Shown here: positions 21,032 to 31,053 of the stretch, in pieces
Layout: each line of letters opens with the position of its first letter
Numbering within the stretch: position 1 is the stretch's first letter
NCBI GenBank assembly: GCA_041690595.1
Contig: JAWLHB010000020.1
Span: 62,001-126,000 of the forward strand
Length of the DNA: 64,000 nucleotides
From: Lentisphaeria bacterium
GTDB taxonomy: Bacteria > Verrucomicrobiota > Lentisphaeria > JABSQK01 > JAWLHB01
Reading direction: 5' to 3'
Program-made: the position numbers and the translations under genes
The notes under the pieces: generated by a model
What the model was told of the DNA's origin: nothing
Seen by the model: only the letters and a program-made list of their open reading frames with translations
Databases searched by the model: none

Positions 21032-21682
21032 CTCGACGCGGCACATCTCCCGCAGGCGGGAGAGGGTGGCGGCGCCATAGCGTTCCGTCAGTGCCTTGAG
21101 GCTGTGGTTGGTGGTGAAGTGGGTCAGGCACGGGCCGCGGTCGCCCCACATGGCGGGGTCGCTCCACAGGTGGTGGCGCAGGCGGATGAGATCGCTCATG
21201 TAGTTGCGCTTGACCCCATTGAGGAAACCCACCTCCGGCTCGTCCCCCAGGTCGTCGATGACCAGATCCATATGCCAGCCCGAACCCCAGCTGCCGCGCC
21301 CGATACTGAGCGCCTTATCCTGATTCTCGGCGTAGCGGGAGCCGATCTCCATCGCGTCGAGTCGGCGTACGGAGCCCATGTAGCGGGTCGCCAGATCCAG
21401 GCCGAGACTCTTGCCGACCCCCGGGTTACCAATCAGGCAGAGTCCCTGGTTCATCTCGCCATCCCGACGTTTGTGCATCCAGTAAGTCAGTACGTCAAAG
21501 TTAGCCGCTTGGCGGGCATCGTAGCCGTGGCGCTGCAGCCAGCCGCGCGGGGTATAGGTCTGGCAGGGAAGGAGCCGCGGCTGGGGGCGGGGCTCCCCGT
21601 CCGGAGCGATCTTCAGCTGATCGGCGGTGATGCCCAAGGCGGTCAGAAGGGCGGTGCTGATGGTGGTGGTGGATGTGCTCAT
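20996..21682 (-). CDS. DnaC/IstB-like AAA+ ATPase (phage-type helicase loader)
   Basis: GNPGVGKS Walker A, LVIDDLG Walker B, FTTN, ERYG..SRLREM, GPDRR; overlaps the upstream initiator gene by 4 bp. Confidence 0.85.
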   Translation of the reverse strand: MSTSTTTISTALLTALGITADQLKIAPDGEPRPQPRLLPCQTYTPRGWLQRHGYDARQAANFDVLTYWMHKRRDGEMNQGLCLIGNPGVGKSLGLDLATRYMGSVRRLDAMEIGSRYAENQDKALSIGRGSWGSGWHMDLVIDDLGDEPEVGFLNGVKRNYMSDLIRLRHHLWSDPAMWGDRGPCLTHFTTNHSLKALTERYGAATLSRLREMCRVEFLTGPDRRLDP

Positions 21683-22581
21683 AGTGCGGACTCCTCGCGC
21701 AGTTGACGTTCCCGGGCTTCACGATCGTGGATGACCAGCGCTCCCTGGTGGGAGGACGAGCGGCTGCCTCTGGTGCCGCCACGCTCCTGCGATCGGGAGA
21801 GCCAGTTGGTGAGAAAGCGTGCGTAGTTGCGGCGTTTGCCGCGGTCGGGATTGACCGATAGCCAGACCTCCGCCTGGCGCAACTCCAGATCCAGATCCAC
21901 CGCTGGGTAGGCCACCTCCCACTGGGCGAGATCTTCGCGGATAATGCCGTCGAGCCGCTGCTCCTGGGGATTCCAGCGGATCCGCTTGTGCGGCTTGAGG
22001 CACTCCGGCAGTGGCTTCTTCTTCTGTTGCGGTGCCTCCAGCAGGAAGGCTCCCTGCTCACTCTCGTTGCTCATGTCTTCGTTCCCCTCCTTCTTGGGCA
22101 GGCCGTCGCTTGCCGACGGACAAGAAGTAGTCTGGTTATTCTCATTAGTCTCGTTATTCTCTTTATTCTTATATGTGTCCACAGCTGGTTCACAGCTAGT
22201 CCGCGGCTGGTCCACAGCCTGTTCACAGCTTGTCCACGGCTGGTCCACAGCCTGTTCATCCGACCACTCGTGCATGGTGACGATGGTGTAGTGGGGATGC
22301 GGCTCCAGAGAGGCGAGCTTCAACTCGACCAACCGCTGCAGCACCCGATAGCAGGTCGATGGGGCCATACCCACCCGCTCCGCCACCGCGTCCCGCCCGA
22401 AGAGCCACTGCCCCGGCTCCAGCCGGATCACCTTTCGGCCACCGCCCGTCGTTACCTGCACCCACTGCGGGTCACTCACTGCCCGAATCCAGCCATACGC
22501 CGCCAGCCGCATCAGGTCGCCGTCCTTCATCAATGGACTGTTCATCACCGCGCGCTGCATCTTCACCCATCCCGTCTCCAT
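21679..22581 (-). CDS. Phage-type replication initiator/replisome organiser
   Basis: N-terminal GWVKMQR..LEPGQ..GR..AER winged-HTH pattern; internal peptide repeat EQAVDQPWTSC; low-complexity KNKENNETNENN linker; C-terminal YP.VD....L....WL..NP..FLTNWL domain; strong AGGGAGGT RBS. Confidence 0.8.
   Translation of the reverse strand: METGWVKMQRAVMNSPLMKDGDLMRLAAYGWIRAVSDPQWVQVTTGGGRKVIRLEPGQWLFGRDAVAERVGMAPSTCYRVLQRLVELKLASLEPHPHYTIVTMHEWSDEQAVDQPWTSCEQAVDQPRTSCEPAVDTYKNKENNETNENNQTTSCPSASDGLPKKEGNEDMSNESEQGAFLLEAPQQKKKPLPECLKPHKRIRWNPQEQRLDGIIREDLAQWEVAYPAVDLDLELRQAEVWLSVNPDRGKRRNYARFLTNWLSRSQERGGTRGSRSSSHQGALVIHDREARERQLREESAL
22131..22258. repeat. Iteron-like array (7 x 11 bp) plus adjacent AT-rich tract; putative origin inside the initiator gene
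   Basis: Contiguous units 22177-22253: GTCCACAGCTG, GTTCACAGCTA, GTCCGCGGCTG, GTCCACAGCCT, GTTCACAGCTT, GTCCACGGCTG, GTCCACAGCCT. T-rich tract at 22131-22176. Confidence 0.75.
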
Positions 22582-22619
22582 TTCGAACCTCCCTATTAGT
22601 TATAGTTTTAAGTTGACAC

Positions 22620-22648
22620 AACATAACCTATGAGTTTTCAGGGATCAA
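22620..22648 (-). promoter_or_regulatory. Putative sigma70 promoter of the initiator-loader pair
   Basis: Minus strand TTGATC-N17-TATGTT in an AT-rich intergenic region. Confidence 0.45.
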
Positions 22649-22730
22649 GGCCTATGGAAAACAAAAAAGTAAGAATTAACCGGAAATTTGGTTGTTCTTG
22701 GCTTCCTGGACGTGAAAATGCGTTCTGGTC

Positions 22731-22765
22731 TTGACATGGGCGTGGAGTAAACGTATTCTGAGAAA
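22731..22765 (+). promoter_or_regulatory. sigma70 promoter of GntR cassette 1, with a conserved box around the -10
   Basis: TTGACA-N17-TATTCT; AAACGTATTCTGAGAAA matches 27981-27997 at 15/17. Confidence 0.7.
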
Positions 22766-22792
22766 GAACCTTTTGACGGTGAGGATGGCACG

Positions 22793-23893
22793 ATGCGCGT
22801 GGAGAGCCGAATGTCGACGTTGCCGACACTGGGTCGGCGATCGGAGCGGGTGCTGATCTCGCTGAGGCGTAAGCTGGCGGATGGTGCGTACCCGCCCAAT
22901 TCGCGTTTGCCCACGGAGAAGGAGCTGTGCGATGAGTTCGAGGCAAGCCGGACGACGATCCGGCGGGCGGTGGCGCGGCTGGCGGCGGATGGGCTGGTGA
23001 AGGTGGTGCAGGGATCCGGGACGTATGCGCTGCCACGGCCGAAGCGGGAGGAGGCGGGCTCATGCACGCTCTCCGTGATGTTTCCTTTCGACAGCGGGAG
23101 TCTGGCGCATGTACAGACGCTGGCGATGGCGCAGGACATGCTGATCTCGGTCTTCACCCATACGGATTGGTCGCCGTTGACGGAGCGGAATTTTCTGAAG
23201 CGGGTCCTGCAGGAGCGGCATCGTGGACTGCTGGCCTTCTGCACGCCGCGGCAGCCGCTCAACGACGATGTGCTGGCGGAACTGGAGGCGGTGGGCACGC
23301 GGGTGGTGCATGTGGAGCATTACACGATGACGCTGCCGGAGCGCAGTTACGTGCTGCCGGATTACCGTGAGGGTGGGGCGCTGGCGGCACGGACGCTGCT
23401 GGAGGCCGGTTACGAGCATCTGCGATTTGTGCAGATCGAGACGGATGGGCCCTACTCGCACATCGCCTTCGATGGTTTTGTGCAGGCGCTGCGCGAGGCG
23501 CGAGGCGAGGTGGATCCGGAGTCGGTGCGCGTCGTGTTGCCGCGGGGCTTCGAGGTTCATGCGGAGGGGCAGCGGCGAGCCGAGGCGTTCATGGCGGAAC
23601 TGCCGGAGAACGCGGGCATCGTGGCGCGCTCGGTGGACGATGTGGCGGCAGCGCTGGCGAGCCTGTTGCGCGGGCGCGGACGGTCGGTACCCGACGATGT
23701 CGGGATCATCGGCATCAAGCATCTGCTCAACTACCGCCCGTGCGGTGTGGTGGATCATATCGATTACGATTGGGCGGCGCTGCTGAGCCGGGCGATCGAG
23801 GCCGTCGTGGCGCCGAATTGGAGAGGGATTCAACGATTTGTGAAGCCGGAACTGGTACAAGTGGGCAGTACACGTTTACGGCAAAGCAGCTAA
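22793..23893 (+). CDS. GntR-HTH/LacI-sensor (AraR-type) transcriptional regulator, copy 1
   Basis: [28 protein letters not shown]-terminal periplasmic-binding fold ([19 protein letters not shown]). Confidence 0.9.
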   Translation: MRVESRMSTLPTLGRRSERVLISLRRKLADGAYPPNSRLPTEKELCDEFEASRTTIRRAVARLAADGLVKVVQGSGTYALPRPKREEAGSCTLSVMFPFDSGSLAHVQTLAMAQDMLISVFTHTDWSPLTERNFLKRVLQERHRGLLAFCTPRQPLNDDVLAELEAVGTRVVHVEHYTMTLPERSYVLPDYREGGALAARTLLEAGYEHLRFVQIETDGPYSHIAFDGFVQALREARGEVDPESVRVVLPRGFEVHAEGQRRAEAFMAELPENAGIVARSVDDVAAALASLLRGRGRSVPDDVGIIGIKHLLNYRPCGVVDHIDYDWAALLSRAIEAVVAPNWRGIQRFVKPELVQVGSTRLRQSS

Positions 23894-23919
23894 TCATCAT
23901 GACACATGGAGGGCGTACA

Positions 23920-24810
23920 ATGAGAGTATCGGTCAGAGATTCGGCAGGACGAAACTTTACGTTGATCGAGTTACTGGTCGTGGTGGCGATTATCGCGATC
24001 CTGGCAAGTCTGCTGCTGCCGGCGCTCTCCAAGGCGCGTAGCTCGGCGAAACGGGCCACATGCATGGGCAACATGAAGCAACTCTACGCTTCGGCGATCA
24101 TGTACTCGGACGATTTCGACGACCGACTGTGCGGCGGCGGTGCGTGGCACGACTATGCTGGCTCCGATGTCTGGCGCAACCAGGGCAATGTGCTCTACTG
24201 GATCATGGAGTACGTCGGACCGAAGATCTACAACACCGCGCTGACGGCGGAGCTGACGACAGGCGACCTGAATCTGGACGGCAACGGCGTTGGGCGCTTC
24301 AAGTCGGGCTCGGCGAAGGATCGTGGCGTCCTGCATTGCCCGGGGGCGGAGACTTCGTCCGTCGACCCCAACAACCAGAACTCGGTGGATTATGTGCTTG
24401 CGGGGTTGGGGGCGCCGGCTCGCAGCGGCGGCACCTACACCAAGATCTACAACTACCCGAACGTGAACCGCGCCTTTTCCGAGCAGAATGCGGTCTTCAT
24501 GGACAATCTGCAGGTTGCCTCGTGGGGGGATCACCGAAGCTGGTACTTCACCAAGGCCAATGCGCATCTGCCAGGCTCTCCGGAAGGGATGAACCTGACG
24601 GATGGCTCCGGGGCGGCGCGCTGGGTAGGCATTCGCGACACCTACATCAATCTTGGCTGGGCCGGCTACCGGGCGTTGCCCCGCGGCTACAACTTTCAGC
24701 TCTCCGGCCACGGCAACGTCGGCACGGTCAACCCGCCAACGCTTGCTTATATCTTCGACAGGAGCGGCATCATGCGCGTCGATGCCAAGCATACCGCCTT
24801 GTATTACTGA
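23920..24810 (+). CDS. Prepilin-type N-terminal cleavage/methylation (DUF1559-like) protein, copy 1
   Basis: [42 protein letters not shown] before ATG 23920. Confidence 0.9.
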   Translation: MRVSVRDSAGRNFTLIELLVVVAIIAILASLLLPALSKARSSAKRATCMGNMKQLYASAIMYSDDFDDRLCGGGAWHDYAGSDVWRNQGNVLYWIMEYVGPKIYNTALTAELTTGDLNLDGNGVGRFKSGSAKDRGVLHCPGAETSSVDPNNQNSVDYVLAGLGAPARSGGTYTKIYNYPNVNRAFSEQNAVFMDNLQVASWGDHRSWYFTKANAHLPGSPEGMNLTDGSGAARWVGIRDTYINLGWAGYRALPRGYNFQLSGHGNVGTVNPPTLAYIFDRSGIMRVDAKHTALYY

Positions 24811-24825
24811 TTCGATCCGGAGAGG

Positions 24826-27800
24826 CTACCGCGCGTAGACGGCCGCCTGGAACTCGTCCGTCGTCATTTCTCCCCGCAGCAGGTGAAGTGCGAGGGCCGC
24901 GCTTTCGCGGGTATTCCGCTCGAACGCCTGCGTCAACGCCTGCAGCGCCGGTGTGGCCGCCTGGAGTTTCAGCGCGGCAGCGGCAAGACATGCCTGCACG
25001 GTCACTGGGTAAAGATCATCCGTCGCCTGGAGACGGTCGATGACGGCAGCGGTGCAACGGGCATCCCCGATGCGGCCGAGTGCCTCCAGGATAACGGTCT
25101 TCAAGCGATAGCGCCGCTTGGCGGTTTCCGGTTCATCGCCAGTGGGCCAGCCCAGAAAGGTCGTTTTCATCTTGGCAAAGGGCCAGTTGGCGGTGATGGG
25201 CGGGTAAAGGGGCAGAGCGTTCTCCTCCCGCAGCAGCTCGAGCAGGAGCGGCTGCGCCCACTCCCGGTCCTCCTCTCGCAGGGCCTGACAGGCGCCGATG
25301 CGCACACGCCAGTCGGGATCCCGCAGGGCCGCCGCCCTGGCAGCGCTATCGGCGGCCAGAAGCCCCGAATCGTAGGGGCAGAGTGCTATCGGCGGCGATG
25401 AGGGCGGTTGATGCGGCGGCGGCATCCCCGGCGAGGCGGGAATGTCGATACCAGGCGACGCCTGGAAGCGCACGACAAAGGGAAGATCTTCAACGGCTGT
25501 CACCCGCCTCCAGCTCCCGCGCCATTCTATTTCAAGGGGCGTCTCCGGTGGCCCAGCGATGAAGAGCTGCTCCCCATTCCATTCGACATCCAGCCGACTC
25601 TCGGCCCGAAAGGCACAGCCGTCGACTTGCCACCGGGCAGCGCCCGCCAGCGCGACGGTTCTGCCTCCGCGGATGGCGACTTCGGCATCGGCGCGGCAAC
25701 CGTCTCCCAGGTCCAGCTCGGCATGTGCCAGGTTGTCGGGCCAGAGGCGCCACACGGCATCGCCGTCGCGCACGATCAGATGATCGTCCGCACGTTGCAG
25801 CTCCAACTCGGCAGGCAGCGGATCCACCAGCCGCAGAAGCTGAATGGGGCCGCGGATGCTCTGGCCGCGAAACTCCGAAGACGCGATGGCGATCTGGTTC
25901 TCGCCCTCATGGAGCAAGCCGGCGACGCTGTAGTGCGAGGGCCAGAAGCGCCCGTCGGGCTTCTGCACATCACGGCAGTTGGGGTCGATGGAGGGGTGCT
26001 CGAAAAGCTCTGGAGCCAGGTGGCCGTTGACGTAGACGGCGAGTCGCTCCACCTGCCCGCGGCGGATGCTCAGGCGCTCGGCGGCGTCCGTCTGCGCCTT
26101 GGTGAGATTGCACGTGCGGCCGAACCAGAGAGAGTTGCCGCTTCCCACCGCCCCGTGCAGCGCTTCGCTGGTCAGGTCGACGGCAGGTGGAGTCGACATG
26201 AGGGTGGGTGGTATCTCGTTGCCGCCTGGCAGCATCGCCCATGGGACGGAGATGTCGGCGACGAGCTGGGTACCTGGCTCGGGACGCATGACCACGGCCA
26301 ACGTGCACTCGGTGATCGGCGGTGTATCGAACTGGAGGGCGTGGCAACGCTGCTCCATGCCGCGGGGGAAATCCTTGAACGCCTGCATGCGAAAGGTATG
26401 ACTGGAGCTGGTGGCGATCCGCAGGAGCCCGCCTTCCCGCAGTCGCTGGGTGGCGCGACAACCGTCGATGGTGACCTCCGGTCGCAGCATGAGTTGCCAG
26501 GTCAGACGGTGTGGCTCGGGGGCCGCGTACCGGTCATGAAGCACGATCAGGCGGTCGCCCAGCACCAGCGAAGTGCGTTGCAGTGTCGAGACATTCCAAA
26601 GCTCGCTGTAGAGGTCGGAGACATCGCCGCGGAGTGCCTTCAGCGATGGCAGATCGACCAGGCGTCGCCCCTCTCCGTGCCACGCCTTCCGTGGGTGGCG
26701 ATAGCCCTCGCCATCCACCAGCACCACCGAGTGCGCGGCCATGCAGCTCATGCCGCCGGGCTGCTGGAAGTAGGTCGGATCGACCCGCGGGCCGTGACCG
26801 TCGGCCGTGTGGAGGTGACCATGGGCGCAGAGTTCGATGTTGTTCGGATTGAGATGGGCGCGACCGGGCGGGCCGCCATCCACATGGTCCCACATCTGCA
26901 GCAACTCCATCTGGCCGCCTGCCGAGGTGAGCTTGCCGCAGACCTCCGGCACCAGCCAGGTCGCGGGGAGCGGCCGGGCATCACCGCTGCCCGCCTCCGG
27001 CCAGAAGATCAGGGTCCAGACCTTGTCGTCGTTGTACCAGGCAAGCAGCTCGTTCTCGCTCCACATGCCGTGTTGCACGATGGTCTCCAGGATGGCGGCA
27101 TTGCCGGTGCGGCGAGCGGAATAGGCGAGGTGTGTCTTGAGTTCGGGCGCGCAGTTGCCGTACTGGTCCCAACCCGGCAGCATGCCGGCGCCATTGATCG
27201 TCTGGACGGCAAGCAACAGGGCTTCGCGGACGGTGGAGTTGCCGATGCGGCAATCGAAGTAATTTCGCCCGGTCACCTGTTCCATGAAGGCGGTGTAGAG
27301 GGCGAGGATCGGGCAGAGGACCTGGTGGTGATACGTCGAACCTTCGCCGCACCAACCGCCGTCGCCGAGCGAGGCCAGAAAGGCGTGAAAGCGCTGCACG
27401 CCTTCGGCGAACATCTGGCGAGCGGCCGGTGAGGCACCCCGTTTGACGCCAAAGACGTAGCCGGTCACCGCGCAGGCAAACGCCATCGACGCCTGCTGAT
27501 TATCGCCGGCCGGGAGGCGTCCTTTGAGACGCAGGTAGCAATGGCTGTAGACCTGAGTGACGAGCCGTGACGCCAGCTCTTGCTGCTCGTCTTCGTCGAG
27601 GATGCCGCTTCCCCAGATCCAGTCGAGAAAGACAGAGAATCGCGCCATGGGCGCCCCCGCGGTGTAGGCATGGAGCTGGGCCTCCACCGAGCAGTCGGCC
27701 AGGGGCAGCACGGCAAGCAGGTCGCGCATCGCCAGGCGGGTGGCGTTGGCAAAACAAGGCTCTTGGGTAATCAGCCAGGCCAGTGCCGGCAGCGCCTGAA

Positions 27801-27933
27801 ACTCGCCGATCGGCTCTGTCGCTGCCAGGTCACGGAAGTTCCGCCAATAGCCGTCCAGTGGCCGCGTCGCGGTCTGCACTTTGCGACGTAGCGCCGCCAC
27901 GTCGTCGATAAGGAGAAAGTCGGGTTTTTTCAT
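24826..27933 (-). CDS. Heparinase II/III-like oligosaccharide lyase with inserted beta-sandwich and C-terminal HEAT repeats
   Basis: GGWCEGSTY, AHSVVLVDG and HLNPNNIEL motifs; LLHEGENQIAI sugar-binding-like module; HEAT-like LRDPDWRVR and LEALGRIGD; no signal peptide. Confidence 0.7.
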   Translation of the reverse strand: MKKPDFLLIDDVAALRRKVQTATRPLDGYWRNFRDLAATEPIGEFQALPALAWLITQEPCFANATRLAMRDLLAVLPLADCSVEAQLHAYTAGAPMARFSVFLDWIWGSGILDEDEQQELASRLVTQVYSHCYLRLKGRLPAGDNQQASMAFACAVTGYVFGVKRGASPAARQMFAEGVQRFHAFLASLGDGGWCGEGSTYHHQVLCPILALYTAFMEQVTGRNYFDCRIGNSTVREALLLAVQTINGAGMLPGWDQYGNCAPELKTHLAYSARRTGNAAILETIVQHGMWSENELLAWYNDDKVWTLIFWPEAGSGDARPLPATWLVPEVCGKLTSAGGQMELLQMWDHVDGGPPGRAHLNPNNIELCAHGHLHTADGHGPRVDPTYFQQPGGMSCMAAHSVVLVDGEGYRHPRKAWHGEGRRLVDLPSLKALRGDVSDLYSELWNVSTLQRTSLVLGDRLIVLHDRYAAPEPHRLTWQLMLRPEVTIDGCRATQRLREGGLLRIATSSSHTFRMQAFKDFPRGMEQRCHALQFDTPPITECTLAVVMRPEPGTQLVADISVPWAMLPGGNEIPPTLMSTPPAVDLTSEALHGAVGSGNSLWFGRTCNLTKAQTDAAERLSIRRGQVERLAVYVNGHLAPELFEHPSIDPNCRDVQKPDGRFWPSHYSVAGLLHEGENQIAIASSEFRGQSIRGPIQLLRLVDPLPAELELQRADDHLIVRDGDAVWRLWPDNLAHAELDLGDGCRADAEVAIRGGRTVALAGAARWQVDGCAFRAESRLDVEWNGEQLFIAGPPETPLEIEWRGSWRRVTAVEDLPFVVRFQASPGIDIPASPGMPPPHQPPSSPPIALCPYDSGLLAADSAARAAALRDPDWRVRIGACQALREEDREWAQPLLLELLREENALPLYPPITANWPFAKMKTTFLGWPTGDEPETAKRRYRLKTVILEALGRIGDARCTAAVIDRLQATDDLYPVTVQACLAAAALKLQAATPALQALTQAFERNTRESAALALHLLRGEMTTDEFQAAVYAR

Positions 27934-27962
27934 GATGTTTCACTTTATGCCCGGAAAAGAGA

Positions 27963-27997
27963 TTGACAAATCATCTTTTAAAACGTATCCTGAAAAA
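27963..27997 (+). promoter_or_regulatory. sigma70 promoter of GntR cassette 2, with the conserved box
   Basis: TTGACA-N17-TATCCT; AAACGTATCCTGAAAAA. Confidence 0.7.
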
Positions 27998-28028
27998 ATA
28001 TCAATTTGGAAATCGAGGAGCATTGTGC

Positions 28029-29132
28029 ATGTCAGCCGTGATGACAACGGGAGCGCTTCCCACCTTGGGCAGGCGTTCAGAAAGGATCCTGCAGACCCTT
28101 CGCACTCGGATCGACGAAGGCGTGTATGGGCCGAACTCCCGGTTGCCGACGGAAAATGACCTTTGTGTGATGTTCGATGCCAGTCGGACAACGGTCCGCC
28201 GGGCGATTGCCCGCCTGGCCGGCGACGGATATGTCGAGGTGGTACAGGGCTCGGGAACCTACGTCCTGCAGCGGCCGTCAGTGGCCGACCACCCTTCCTG
28301 CACGTTGTCGGTGATGTTTCCGTTCGATGGCAGGAGTCTCGCCCATGTTCAGGGGCTGGCGCTCAACCAGGATTACCTGCTCTCGATTTTCACCCATACC
28401 GACTGGTCGCCCGAGATGGAGCGAAGCTTCCTGAAGCGGGTGTTGCAGGAGCATCACCGCGGACTGCTGGCCTTCTGCACGCCTCTGGGATCCGGAAACG
28501 ACGACCTGCTCGATGAGTTGGAAGCAGCCGGCACACGGGTCGTGCACGTGGAGCACTACAGGCTGGAGTTGCCGGTCCACAGCTACGTCTTACCCGATTA
28601 CCGCCGCGGTGGCTCAGCCGCGGCCAATGCCTTGATGATCGCCGGCTATCGCCACTTCCGCTTCGTCGGTCTGGTCAATGACGGCCCGTATGCGGAGATC
28701 GCCTGCGCGGGCTTCGAGGAGGCGCTGCTGGAGCAGGGAGAGCCGGTGGACCCGACGACCATGCGGGTTCGGCTGCCGAGGAACTTCCAGGGCTCCGAAG
28801 AGGGCCGGCGAATCCTGGAGACCTTCATCGCCTCGCTGCCGCCCAATACGGGAATCGTCGCGCGCTCGGTCGATCTGGCCGAAGAGCTGCAGCTTGCGCT
28901 TCAACAGCACCAGCGCCGCGTGCCCGAGGAGATCGGTATCGTTGGCGTGAAACAGCTGCTGAACTATCGTGCTGACGGCTCGGTAGACCACGTGGAATAC
29001 GACTGGCAGCACCTTCTGCGCCTGGCTGTACAGGCCGTCGTCGCTCCCGAATGGCAGGGCATACAACAGCTCATTCCCCCGCGACTCATTCGGCAAGGTA
29101 CCCTGCGGCAACCGCCGGCACCATCGTTTTGA
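28029..29132 (+). CDS. GntR-HTH/LacI-sensor regulator, copy 2
   Basis: Paralogue of 22793-23893 ([21 protein letters not shown]); GAGGAG RBS before ATG 28029. Confidence 0.9.
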   Translation: MSAVMTTGALPTLGRRSERILQTLRTRIDEGVYGPNSRLPTENDLCVMFDASRTTVRRAIARLAGDGYVEVVQGSGTYVLQRPSVADHPSCTLSVMFPFDGRSLAHVQGLALNQDYLLSIFTHTDWSPEMERSFLKRVLQEHHRGLLAFCTPLGSGNDDLLDELEAAGTRVVHVEHYRLELPVHSYVLPDYRRGGSAAANALMIAGYRHFRFVGLVNDGPYAEIACAGFEEALLEQGEPVDPTTMRVRLPRNFQGSEEGRRILETFIASLPPNTGIVARSVDLAEELQLALQQHQRRVPEEIGIVGVKQLLNYRADGSVDHVEYDWQHLLRLAVQAVVAPEWQGIQQLIPPRLIRQGTLRQPPAPSF

Positions 29133-29164
29133 AGGTTCGACAATCAACACAAAGGAGTATGGAC

Positions 29165-30061
29165 ATGGAACGTTCTCGTCACCCGCGAAGTACCACCGCC
29201 ACGCGCTTCACCCTTATCGAGCTTCTCGTGGTCGTGGCGATTATAGCGGTTCTGGCAAGCATGTTGCTGCCGGCGCTCTCCAAGGCGCGCGGCGCGGCGA
29301 AGCGGGCGACATGCATGGGCAACATGAAGCAGCTCTACGCTTCGGCAATCATGTACTCGGGTGATTTCGACGACCGGCTGAGCGGTGGCGGTGCATGGCA
29401 CGACTATGCCGGCTCCGATGTCTGGCGCAACCAGGGCAATGTGCTCTACTGGATCATGGAGTACGTCGGACCGAAGCTTTACAACCCCACGCTGACGGCG
29501 GAGCTGACCATCGGCAACCTGAATCTGGACGGCAACGGCGTCGGGCGCTTCAAGTCGGGTTCGGCGAAGGATCGCGGGGTGCTGCACTGCCCGTCGGCGG
29601 AGACTTCATCCACCGAGTCCAACTACCAGACTTCGGTCGATTATGTGCTTGCCGGGCTGGGGGCGCCGGCCCGCAGCGGCGGCACCTACTCCAAGATCTA
29701 CAACTACCCGAACGTGAATCGCGCCTTCTCCGAAGAGAACGCGGTGATTCTGGACAATCTGCAGATTGCTTCCTGGGGAGATCACCGCAGCTGGTACTTC
29801 ACCAAGGCCAATGGGCATTCGCCAGGCTCTCCGGAGGGCATGAATGTAACGGGCGGCTCCGGGGCAGTGCGCTGGCTGGGCATTCGCGAGACTTACTCTA
29901 ATCTCGGCTGGGCCGGCTACCGGGCACTCCCGCGCGGCTACTACTTCCAGCTCTCCGGCCACGGCAACATCGGCACGGTCAATCCACCGACGCTGGCCTA
30001 CGTCTTCGACAAGAGCGGCATCATGCGCGTCGATGCCAAGCATACGGCCTTGTATTACTGA
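29165..30061 (+). CDS. Prepilin-type (DUF1559-like) protein, copy 2
   Basis: [13 protein letters not shown]; about 88% identical to copy 1 from the FTLIE motif on (34 differences in 284 aa by my count); AAGGAG RBS. Confidence 0.9.
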   Translation: MERSRHPRSTTATRFTLIELLVVVAIIAVLASMLLPALSKARGAAKRATCMGNMKQLYASAIMYSGDFDDRLSGGGAWHDYAGSDVWRNQGNVLYWIMEYVGPKLYNPTLTAELTIGNLNLDGNGVGRFKSGSAKDRGVLHCPSAETSSTESNYQTSVDYVLAGLGAPARSGGTYSKIYNYPNVNRAFSEENAVILDNLQIASWGDHRSWYFTKANGHSPGSPEGMNVTGGSGAVRWLGIRETYSNLGWAGYRALPRGYYFQLSGHGNIGTVNPPTLAYVFDKSGIMRVDAKHTALYY

Positions 30062-31053
30062 TGAGCAGGGGGAAGATATCCGCCACTTTCGTCGATTTCT
30101 CGGAGGCGTGCAACGGCTACCACACACCGCTGGATCGCGACCAGGAGTGGTGGCGTCGGGAACTGCTGGATGCCCGCGACGCCGGCATCGAAGAGCTGGT
30201 CATTGCACGAAGCATGGTGCACGGTAAAGCCCATTATCATTCGGCGCTTTTCGAGGAGTGGCTGGAGCAGGATACCGTCGCCATGGTCATGACGGCGGCG
30301 GGGGAACTGGATCTGCGGGTGTGGCTGGGGCTGGACCTGAACCTCTGCTTCTGGGATCAGCGTCGGGACTTTGCCCGCATGCTGCAGCGGGATCTTCGCC
30401 GCAACCGCATCGTTCTCGACGAGCTGCTGACTCGCTACCGCCATCACCCGGCGTTGCGGGGCATCTATGTTTCCAACGAACCGGATCGCGACAATGTGGC
30501 GACGCCGGAGCGGGCCGAGGCCCTGCGCAGCTTTTTGGGCGACATGTACCAGTCCATCAAGGCTGCCTGTGGCCTGCCGGTCCTCTGCTCGCCTTTCTTC
30601 TCCACCTCTCTGGCGCCTGATGAACTGGCTGCCTGGTGGGAGAGCTTCGTGGACCGGCCGATGTTCGACGTGATCGCCATGCAGGATGGGGTAGGGTGCC
30701 GTTACCGCCAGATCGATCCAGCGACCATTCCGCCGCTGTACGCGCGCCTGGCACCCGTGCTGGCACGAAAGGAAATAGAGTTCTGGAACAATGTGGAAAC
30801 CTTCACGCTTGAGCAGTACGGTCAACCATTGACACCTGCCGACTTCGAGCGGATCGATCGCCAGTACGAAGCTGGTCGTTCGTACACCGCCCGGGCCATC
30901 ACCTGGGAGTACGGTCACTTCCTCGGACGTGGGCAGGTGAGTGAAGCGCGATACCGCGACTTCCGCGACTGGAACCTGTCAACTGAATATCGTATGGAGA
31001 GTCTCTGTGAACGACTATCTGGCGCTGATACCGAGACCGCAACAGCTGATTGA
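30061..31053 (+). CDS. DUF4434-family putative glycoside hydrolase (TIM barrel)
   Basis: W..EL....AGI..LVI, YRHHPALRGIYVSNE, SPFF, MQDGVG, FWNNVETF motifs. Confidence 0.75.
   Translation: MSRGKISATFVDFSEACNGYHTPLDRDQEWWRRELLDARDAGIEELVIARSMVHGKAHYHSALFEEWLEQDTVAMVMTAAGELDLRVWLGLDLNLCFWDQRRDFARMLQRDLRRNRIVLDELLTRYRHHPALRGIYVSNEPDRDNVATPERAEALRSFLGDMYQSIKAACGLPVLCSPFFSTSLAPDELAAWWESFVDRPMFDVIAMQDGVGCRYRQIDPATIPPLYARLAPVLARKEIEFWNNVETFTLEQYGQPLTPADFERIDRQYEAGRSYTARAITWEYGHFLGRGQVSEARYRDFRDWNLSTEYRMESLCERLSGADTETATAD

Noticed and set aside
20996..21682. IS21 IstB helper
   Set aside because: The upstream gene is an initiator-like protein, not a DDE transposase; no terminal inverted repeats seen.
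22177..22253. Tandem repeats as a CRISPR array
   Set aside because: 11-bp contiguous units with no spacers, inside a CDS, and no cas genes.
23740..23919. ORF-track upstream extensions (23740; also 3634, 12371, 27963, 29051, 30941, 33538, 51825, 52958)
   Set aside because: They overlap upstream genes or promoters; downstream starts have an RBS, ATGA coupling or a signal peptide.
23920..30061. Pilin-like duplicates as a DGR template/variable repeat pair
   Set aside because: Differences are not adenine-specific, both copies are full ORFs, and no reverse transcriptase is present.
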